A DNA stretch of 64,000 nucleotides from a bacterium (GTDB taxonomy: Bacteria; Patescibacteriota; Minisyncoccia; Phycocordibacterales; CALRBL01): positions 4,468 to 68,467 of the forward strand of contig JAIYEG010000006.1 of assembly GCA_027487075.1 (NCBI GenBank), read 5' to 3'. The notes beneath the pieces were generated by a model. That model did no database searches, was not told where the DNA came from, and saw only the letters and a list, made by a program, of their open reading frames with translations. The position numbers were made by a program, and so were the translations under genes. This document shows, piece by piece, positions 56,628 through 64,000 of this stretch; the first letter of the stretch is position 1; each line of letters starts with the position of its first letter.

Positions 56628-56895
56628 CAAAATTGTATGGGTGATTTTACTTGTCACTATCTTTGGAATACTACTTAGTTTCCTTGTTGACCCTGGAATT
56701 TGGCTTGGAGGAACTATCTATTTGTATCCTCTGCCATTCTTTATTACATGGTACTTCTTGGTAAGGAATATAGTTGCTGGTAAGGGTGCAAATCGTATGA
56801 TGATTAGAGGATTTATTACTGGAATGTTATGGTGTATTGCGATGTATTTTTTGGTCTCATATATAATGAGTGATTATCAAATCAGGATGGTATAG
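56599..56895 (+). CDS. hypothetical small membrane protein
   Basis: Three TM helices; overlaps upstream stop by 29 nt. Confidence 0.4.
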   Translation: MKHSIFSRIDKIVWVILLVTIFGILLSFLVDPGIWLGGTIYLYPLPFFITWYFLVRNIVAGKGANRMMIRGFITGMLWCIAMYFLVSYIMSDYQIRMV

Positions 56896-56908
56896 TGAAG
56901 GGAGGTAA

Positions 56909-56937
56909 TTGACACCACCTCGTTTCTCCGGTATATT
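56909..56937 (+). promoter_or_regulatory. sigma70-type promoter for rplJ-rplL
   Basis: TTGACA - 17 nt - TATATT, ~130-nt leader before rplJ. Confidence 0.55.
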
Positions 56938-57069
56938 CTCTTCAAAGCTTCAAAGACTACAGGCGCCGCCGCAAGGCTATAAGTCCTGTATAGGAGATAC
57001 ACTCTACTATCGTCACTTGGGCTTTTGGTCGAATCTCTTTATCAGCACATTACGTGTAAGAATCAGAAC

Positions 57070-57558
57070 ATGCCAATTACAAAGGAACAGAAGAAAGAAA
57101 CTCTTGATCAGATCAAGGGAGCAGTAAAAGATTCTTCATCAGTAGTCTTCGTAAACTTCCATGGACTTAACGTTGCGGATTCAAGTGAGATGCGTCGAGC
57201 ACTTCGCGCAAACAATGTTGGGTACTTGGTAGCAAAAAAGACACTTATCAAGAAAGCGCTTGAAGATCAGTCAATCGCGAGCGATATGCCCGTACTTGAT
57301 GGGGAAGTAGCAATTGCCTACAGCAAGGATGCTATCTCACCAGCGCGCGAGATCTACACATTCCAGAAGAAGTTTGACGGAAAACTTGCAATTCTCGGAG
57401 GTATCTTCGAGGGTTCATTCCGCGACAAGGAAAGTATGATGTCGATTGCTACCATCCCACCTCTACAGGTGCTCTATGGTCAGTTCGTCAACCTCATCAA
57501 TTCTCCTATTCAGGGGCTTGTACTCGCTCTCAATGCAATCGCAGAAAAGAAGCAGTAA
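57070..57558 (+). CDS. rplJ: 50S ribosomal protein L10
   Basis: MPITKEQKKETLDQIKGAVKDSSSVVFVNFHGLNVADSSEMRRALRANNVGYLVAKKTL; start trimmed from the ORF track. Confidence 0.9.
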   Translation: MPITKEQKKETLDQIKGAVKDSSSVVFVNFHGLNVADSSEMRRALRANNVGYLVAKKTLIKKALEDQSIASDMPVLDGEVAIAYSKDAISPAREIYTFQKKFDGKLAILGGIFEGSFRDKESMMSIATIPPLQVLYGQFVNLINSPIQGLVLALNAIAEKKQ

Positions 57559-57592
57559 GCAACGTTTATTTATTCATCATTAATCAATTATT

Positions 57593-58000
57593 ATGGCAGA
57601 AGAAAATACAAACGCAGTGATCGAAACTCCAGCACAGTTCAAGACTGTTGTTGAAGCTATCGAAAAGATGTCAGTACTTGAGCTCCACGAGCTCGTAAAG
57701 TTCCTCGAAAAGAAGTTTGGTGTATCAGCAGCTGCAGTAGCAGTAGCTGGTCCAGCAGCAGGAGGAGCTGCAGCAGCGGCTGAAGAGAAGTCTTCATTCG
57801 ATGTTGAACTCAAGGATGCTGGCGCACAGAAGATCGCTATCATCAAGGTAGTGAAGGAAGTGCTCGGACTTGGTCTTAAGGAAGCTAAGGACCTCGTTGA
57901 CGGTGCACCTGCAATGCTTAAGCAGGGTATGAAGAAGGAAGAAGCAGAAGCCCTCAAGAAGCAGATTGAAGACGCAGGAGGAAAGGTAGAACTCAAGTAA
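57593..58000 (+). CDS. rplL: 50S ribosomal protein L7/L12
   Basis: Ala-rich hinge and C-terminal [22 protein letters not shown]...GGKVELK. Confidence 0.95.
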   Translation: MAEENTNAVIETPAQFKTVVEAIEKMSVLELHELVKFLEKKFGVSAAAVAVAGPAAGGAAAAAEEKSSFDVELKDAGAQKIAIIKVVKEVLGLGLKEAKDLVDGAPAMLKQGMKKEEAEALKKQIEDAGGKVELK

Positions 58001-58012
58001 TACCACCCCTCA

Positions 58013-58053
58013 AAAAAGAGCCTCCAGACAACTCGTCTCGGGGCTCTTTTTTG
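58013..58053 (+). terminator. Rho-independent terminator after rplL
   Basis: AAGAGCC...GGGGCTCTTTTTT. Confidence 0.65.
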
Positions 58054-58083
58054 TTGTGCCTGTAATCTGCTATACTATCGCTC

Positions 58084-58674
58084 ATGGATATTTTAGATAA
58101 ACTATTTGGGTCAGCCGGAAAGGTGCGTGTTATTAAGCTTTTTGTCTTTAATGTCGACCATCTTTTTGATGTAAAGTCTGTTATGCAGCGTGCACGTCTT
58201 ACCTCAGCGCAGGCGCGCAAAGAGCTTTCATTGCTCGCAAAGATTGGTCTCCTCAAGCAGAAGGGAAAGACGGGAAGTAAGATCTATTCTCTCAATGAAT
58301 CGTTCCCCTACGTGCGTCCCCTCACCGAGCTTATGACACACACCATCACTATCAGCTACGATGAGATCGTGAAGAAAATTGGTCGTACCTGCAAGCTCAA
58401 GAGTGTGGTGCTCTCAGGTATCTTTTTGGGGAACCAAGAAAGTCGTGTGGACATGCTCATTATCGGTAATCACTTCAACAAGAACGCGCTCACTAAGTGC
58501 ATGAAAAAGATAGAGACCGAAATTGGCAAAGAGATAAGCTACGCCATTCTAGAGACCGAGGATTTCAAGTTTCGTATGAGTGTGGGGGACCGTTTGGTGC
58601 GTGATATTTTGGAATTTCCTCATCAGGTTGCGTACGACAAAATAGGGTTACAGAGTGTGGAGAGTATGGTATAG
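58084..58674 (+). CDS. hypothetical protein with N-terminal wHTH-like region
   Basis: SVMQRARLTSAQARKELSLLAKIGLLKQKG. Confidence 0.45.
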   Translation: MDILDKLFGSAGKVRVIKLFVFNVDHLFDVKSVMQRARLTSAQARKELSLLAKIGLLKQKGKTGSKIYSLNESFPYVRPLTELMTHTITISYDEIVKKIGRTCKLKSVVLSGIFLGNQESRVDMLIIGNHFNKNALTKCMKKIETEIGKEISYAILETEDFKFRMSVGDRLVRDILEFPHQVAYDKIGLQSVESMV

Positions 58675-58711
58675 TACAAGGGTCGGTATGTTATCAGCTT
58701 AATTCACCTTT

Positions 58712-59401
58712 ATGATTAACAATTACGGTACTTCCTTGGTTACTTCCTTTAATACCCTCGGTCCAGTGTTGCTTCAGATTGCAGCCCGACTTGTGATCGC
58801 GCTTGCTATCTTTATCATCGGTTGGATCGTCGGTATGTTCGTTGCAAGCATTGTTGAGAAAATCTTTAAGAAGCTCAATATTGATAATGCACTTCGAAAG
58901 GCTGGTGTAGAAAGCACCCTCCACAAGGGTGGTCTTACACTTAACTCAGGATACTTTGTTGGATCTCTTCTTAAGTGGTTCATCATCATTGTCTTCCTCA
59001 TTTCATCACTAGGTGTGTTGGGACTTACGCAGGTTACGTACTTCCTTCGAGAGATCGCCGTCGGATTTCTCCCACAGATTATTATTGCAATCCTCATCCT
59101 CATGGCAGCAGCTGTCATCGGTGATGTAGTGCAGCGAATTATTCGCGCTTCAGCAGGAGCAGCGGGTGTTCGCCCAGCACAGCTTCTTGGTGCTATTGCT
59201 AAGTGGATCATTTGGATCTTTGCAATCCTCACTGTCCTCGTACAGCTCGGTATCGCAGCAGACCTTATCCGCATTCTCTTTACTGGCATTGTGGTAGCAG
59301 GGGCTATTGCATTCGGTATTGCGTTCGGACTAGGAGGTCAGACTCATGCATCTCAGTTGATCGAGAAGATCAAGAAGGAGATCGGAGATCATCGCGAGTA
59401 A
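58712..59401 (+). CDS. hypothetical multi-pass membrane protein with repeated conserved TM-helix motifs
   Basis: Gly/Ala/Ile-rich helices; possibly MscS-N-like TM_helix repeats. Confidence 0.45.
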   Translation: MINNYGTSLVTSFNTLGPVLLQIAARLVIALAIFIIGWIVGMFVASIVEKIFKKLNIDNALRKAGVESTLHKGGLTLNSGYFVGSLLKWFIIIVFLISSLGVLGLTQVTYFLREIAVGFLPQIIIAILILMAAAVIGDVVQRIIRASAGAAGVRPAQLLGAIAKWIIWIFAILTVLVQLGIAADLIRILFTGIVVAGAIAFGIAFGLGGQTHASQLIEKIKKEIGDHRE

Positions 59402-59428
59402 GTCTATAAAGGCTCTTTCGGGAGATCG

Positions 59429-59468
59429 TAAAACCCTCTTGGAACCATGGTTCCAAGAGGGTTTTACC
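59429..59468 (+). terminator. strong hairpin terminator (17-bp perfect stem)
   Basis: TAAAACCCTCTTGGAACC-ATG-GTTCCAAGAGGGTTTTA. Confidence 0.75.
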
Positions 59469-59486
59469 TTGGTTTGTGGGGTCTAT

Positions 59487-59514
59487 TTGACATTTATTTT
59501 TGCTCGTATATACT
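59487..59514 (+). promoter_or_regulatory. candidate promoter upstream of 23S rRNA
   Basis: TTGACA - 16 nt - TATACT. Confidence 0.35.
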
Positions 59515-60377
59515 CACTTCTACATCGCAAATATGTCACTCACCTCAAAACCCAAGCGCCTCGAATAACGCCCCATTGTTGAGTGTTATTCAAGACCGCT
59601 CGGAAGAGCGGTTTTTCTTTAAAACGATAGTTTTAAAGAAGATATAATCGCAAGCGAGGGGTCATGTTACGATGTCGATTTTTGACAAATCCATCCCGCC
59701 CCGACACTTTTGTTCAGAAGCCGCAAGGCCTATGAACAACTGGAGGTCTTTTCAGTTGGAGGCGGAAAGGTAATAGAAAGTAAATGTAAGTAATTGTGGT
59801 CTTTAAATTTCCTAATAGGAAATTAAGAGCATATGGTGGATGCCTTGACTTAAAGTGACGATGAAGGACGCTGCGTAGCTGCGATATGCTTCGGGGAGGT
59901 GCCAAGCAACCTTTGATCCGGAGATCTCCGAATGGGGAAACCCTACCGCTTCGGCGGTAATCCACGCGCTAGACGTGTGGAGGTGTTACCTGGGGAAGTA
60001 AAACATTTCAGTACCCAGAGGAATAGAAAAGAATGTCACATTGTGACGATATTTCGTTAGTAGCGGCGAGCGAAAACGAAAGAGCCCAAACCGAACTCCT
60101 CTATTGAAGGCGCTTCGTAGACTCAGCGCGCAAGTGCTGTGTCCGCGAGTTCCTTCGATAGGGTAGTTCGGGGTTGTAAGGTAGTGATCGTAATTTATTA
60201 CAGAGAGTTACAAATTATATTGTTAGCAGAATGAGCTGGAAAGCTCGGCCCAAGCAGGTGATAGCCCTTTACGCGAAAACAATATAACTCTCATCGCTAT
60301 TCTTGAGTACCTCGAGACACGAATGGCTCGGGGGAATCCAGCGGAACTAACCGCTAAGGCTAAATACACTTTAAGAT

Positions 60378-60420
<43 letters not shown>

Positions 60421-61835
60421 GGAGAGGGGAGTGAAATAGAACTGAAACCATATGTTTACAAGGAGTCGAAGAGGGTATTTATATCCTCGACGGCGTGCCT
60501 ATTGAAGAATGAGCCAACGAGTTGTTGCATGCGGCCCGGCTAAGTCCTAAGGGACGAAGTCATAGGGAAACCGAGTATTAATAGTGCGTTAGTCGTATGC
60601 ATCAGACCCGAAGCCAAGTGAGCTTGCCTTGCGCAGGGTGAAGTTCGCCGAAAGGCGGATGGAGGCCCGAACCGTTTTGCCGTTCAACACATTCGGATGA
60701 CGTGAGGTAAGAAGTGAAAAGCTAATCGAACTTGGTAATAGCTGGTTCTCTCCGAAATAGCTTTTGGGCTAGCGTCGGATGTTCCTTTTGGGGGTAGAGC
60801 ACTGGAAGGTCTCGACAGGGAGAAATCTCGCGAGACCTATCAAACTCCGAATACCAAAAGTTAATAGTCCGGCAGTTAGACCGTGGGGGCTAAGCTCCAC
60901 TGGTCAAAAGGGAAACAGCCCTTGATCTCAAGTTAAGGTCCCAAAATCTACGTTAAGTACACTTAAGGTGGTAGAATTTCTCTGACAATGAGGAGGTTGG
61001 CTTAGAAGCAGCCATCCTTTAAAGATAGCGTAACAGCTCACTCATCCAGAGATTCCGCGCCGCAAATGATCGGGGTTAAACGTAGTACCGAAGCTGAGGG
61101 CTTTCCGTGTGTTCGCACATGGGGAGCGGTAGGAGAGTGTTCCATTCGCGATGAAGGCAAAGGGGTGACCCATGCTGGAGCGCTTGGAAGTAAGAATGTT
61201 GGCACAAGTAACCACAATGCGGGTGAAATCCCCGCACGTCGAAAGATCCAGGTTTCCTTCGCTACGACAATCGGCGAAGGGTTAGTCGGCCCTAAGGGGA
61301 TGGCGAAAGCCGCACCCGATGGACACATGGTTAATATTCCATGACCGTTATATATTGCGATGGGAGGACGGAGAGTAGTATGTGTTGCGTATTATTGGAT
61401 TTACGTTCGTGTTGTAAGGATGAGTTCTAGGCAAATCCGGAACTCGCTAATCCAAGCAAAGCGAAAATGTCCGCCGAAAGACGGATAAATTATGCAAAGC
61501 ACTCTTCCAAGAAAAATCTCTAAGCTTCAAATATATAATGACCGTACCGCAAACCGACACAGGTGATCAGGGCGAGTAGCCCAAGACGAACGAGTGAGAA
61601 GTCCCCAAGGAACTCGGCAAAAAAGCAGCCGTAACTTCGGAATAAGGCTTGCCCCATTTCAGCAATGAAAGGGGGCCGCAGCTAAAGTATCTCTGGCAAC
61701 TGTTTACCAAAAACACAGCTCCCTGCGAACTCGTAAGAGGATGTATAGGGGGTGACACCTGACCAATGCCCGAAGGTCAAACGATGGCGGTGCGACACTA
61801 TTTATTTAGTGGCAAGCTGACCGTTGTAAGCCCGG

Positions 61836-61886
<51 letters not shown>

Positions 61887-62440
61887 TGGTAAGTTCAGAC
61901 GCGCACGAATGGTGTAATGACTGGAGAACTGTCTCGGGGACCTGCTCGGTGAAAATACAGTAGCGGTGAAGATGCCGCTTACCTGCAGTTAGACGAAAAG
62001 ACCCCAGAAGCTTTACTGCAACTTGGTATTGAATATACATTTCTGCTGCGTAGCATAGTGGTGAGACTTTGAAGTATCGATTTCGGTTGGTATGGAGTCG
62101 TCAGTGAAATAGCCATCTGTATTTGTGTATATTCTAACCTCAACGGCAAAAACGATGAGAGACAGTATCTGGCGGGCAGTTTTAGTGGGGCGCTATCCTC
62201 CCAAAAAGTAACGGAGGAGTTTATTAAGGTCAGCTAGGCGCGAATGGAAACCGTGCCGATAGTGTAATGGCACAAGCTGGCTTGACTGTGAGACGTATTT
62301 GTCAAACAGGCGCGAAAGCGGAACATAGTGAACCGACCATAGGCATTAGACGCCGTGGAAGATTATCAGACAAAAGCTACTCTGGGGATAACAGGCTGGT
62401 TGTATCTAAGAGTCCAAATCGACGATACAGTTCGGCACCT

Positions 62441-63243
62441 TAACACATCGGGGTGCCTAGGAAAGTAATTTCCTACAAAAAATCTTGGCTTATAACGGTG
62501 GACTCCATGTATAATTAATACATGGACAATACCGTGGGAAGTTTAACCAAATTGCAAAGATCAGTGATCATCGGAACCCTTTTAGGTGATGGATATGTGA
62601 GAATTGTTCCAAGAAGAGTACATGCTTTTCTTGAAATAAATCATTCAATCACTCAAAAGGAATACGTTGACTGGAAATATGAAATGTTAAAATCGGTATG
62701 CAAGTCTGGACCAATCCAAAGAAAAGGGAATGGAACAAGAATTGCATATAGATTTACGACAAGACAAAGCAAAGAATTAACTTCGCTTTATCAAGCTTTT
62801 TATCAAAATGGTAAAAAGATTATTCCGGAAATATTGGAAATTGATCCAATTTCACTCGCAGTGTGGTTCATGGATGATGGAAGTAGATGCAGAGAAAGAG
62901 ATGTCTATCTGAATACTCAACAATTTGATGTTGAAGATCAGAAAAAACTCATCTCTTTTCTGCAAAAATGGGGAATCGAGAGTACATTGAATAAAGATAA
63001 AATCTATTGGAGAATTCGAATCAAGAAATCTTCAATACATACCTTTTTCAAAATAATTTCTCCCCATGTTATTCCATCTATGAATTACAAAATTGGTTAT
63101 AACCCTGTAGAGACTTGTATTGAAGAGCAATTTCTTCATACAGAGCTGCTTCCAAGGGAAGCGGTTAACACGCCAACTCCTTTCTGATCAGAAAGGATGA
63201 AGATATAGTCCGATCCTTCTAGTAATAGAAGCAAAATACGACA
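62441..63243 (+). mobile_element. group I-like intron in 23S rRNA (site homologous to E. coli ~2449) carrying a homing-endonuclease ORF
   Basis: Exon junction ...TTCGGCACCT | intron | CGATGTCGGCTC...; intron ends in G. Confidence 0.75.
62522..63187 (+). CDS. double-motif LAGLIDADG homing endonuclease (intron-encoded)
   Basis: GTLLGDGYV and [19 protein letters not shown] motifs; 221 aa ORF wholly within the rRNA intron. Confidence 0.8.
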   Translation: MDNTVGSLTKLQRSVIIGTLLGDGYVRIVPRRVHAFLEINHSITQKEYVDWKYEMLKSVCKSGPIQRKGNGTRIAYRFTTRQSKELTSLYQAFYQNGKKIIPEILEIDPISLAVWFMDDGSRCRERDVYLNTQQFDVEDQKKLISFLQKWGIESTLNKDKIYWRIRIKKSSIHTFFKIISPHVIPSMNYKIGYNPVETCIEEQFLHTELLPREAVNTPTPF

Positions 63244-63337
63244 GCGATGTCGGCTCAACTTATCCTGGGGCTGGAGAAGGTCCCAAGGGTTTGGCTGTTC
63301 GCCAATTAAAAAGTTACGCGAGCTGGGTTCAGACCGT

Positions 63338-63714
63338 TTTGAATCGCAAGATTCAAAACAGATATATAGCGTGTTTTTGCGCAAGGTATTTGTTTTGACT
63401 TTAGGTTTAAAACACTCTGAATCCTTAGAGGAAAAATGAGAAATTTAATGTTATGTCTTTTCGACAAAAATGATAGAGATATCATGTTAGGAAACAACCA
63501 AAACGGCGGTCGTACATAGAGATGTGTATGAAAGCAGTTGACTTATATCGGTAGAAGCCCAATTTGAAAAAATGGCCAATACCGAGGGAAGAGGGTCCGT
63601 CCTTACCCGTAGAGACTGAACGTCAACCATCACGAATTTATTCGAGATGATATTACAGTCCGAACCTCACAGTAATGTGAGTTGCTAAGCAACAAAATTG
63701 TTTAGGTACACAAG
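63338..63714 (+). mobile_element. second, ORF-less group I-like intron in 23S rRNA (site homologous to the I-CreI / E. coli ~2593 site)
   Basis: Exon junction ...GAGCTGGGTTCAGACCGT | intron | CGTGAGACAGGTTGGTCTCCTATC...; ~377 nt, ends in G. Confidence 0.65.
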
Positions 63715-63766
63715 CGTGAGACAGGTTGGTCTCCTATCTACTGCAGGCGTTGATTTTTGAGAAGAT

Positions 63767-63797
<31 letters not shown>

Positions 63798-64000
63798 TGA
63801 CCTCTGGTGTGTCTGCTGTCCTGCCAAGGGCACCGCAGAGTAGCTAAGTCGGGAATGGATAAACGCTGAAAGCATCTAAGCGTGAAGCCAGCTTCAAGAT
63901 AAGAAATCGTAGACCCGTAAGAGATGATTACGTTGATAGGCGCTAGATGTAAGCTCAGTAATGAGTTGAGTCGAGGCGTACTAATTAGTCGTATCCTATT

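Overview
The window is a dense, streamlined bacterial chromosome segment, about 90% coding, with mostly short intergenic gaps. Its content is consistent with a small-genome Patescibacteria/CPR-like organism, but that is an inference from gene content and rRNA architecture, not a database result. It is dominated by translation, DNA repair and nucleotide-metabolism genes. These include rpsT, rplS, rplK, rplJ-rplL, rpsF-ssb-rpsR, secE-nusG, efp, argS, ileS, an alpha2-type glycyl-tRNA synthetase, metG-tatD, recA, recO, ruvA, ruvX, mutM, ftsK, folD, a dcd-thyX / tmk-glyA-dut thymidylate cluster, a dsbB-dsbA pair and a pilMNO-like type IV pilus module. There are seven tRNAs: Lys-TTT (partial), Arg-GCG, Ser-TGA, Arg-TCT, Val-TAC, Leu-GAG and His-GTG. 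A nearly complete 23S rRNA lies at the 3' end with no 16S upstream. It is interrupted by two group I-like introns, one encoding a double-motif LAGLIDADG homing endonuclease. Two things stand out as candidates for undescribed biology. (1) A family of at least six structured intergenic repeat elements. Each has a conserved ~60-nt core (a GCGCGACGGCGCGAGC box plus a covarying A/T hairpin AATTTTCT-N4-AGAAAAT) nested inside a locus-specific long inverted repeat. They exactly fill the gaps after argS, dut, rpsR, ruvA/rpsT and the large surface protein. A related UGUAA-loop hairpin (GGGTACNGNTCCTGTAAGGA) follows tRNAs. (2) The isoleucyl-tRNA synthetase carries an in-frame, complete histidine-phosphatase (phosphoglycerate-mutase-family, RHG...H) domain inserted into its catalytic core. 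Other notable items are a two-Thy1-domain ThyX, a PEP-CTERM-tailed secreted protein with no exosortase in view, low-GC genes abutting tRNA genes, a GC-rich non-coding island upstream of rplK, and an A17 homopolymer.
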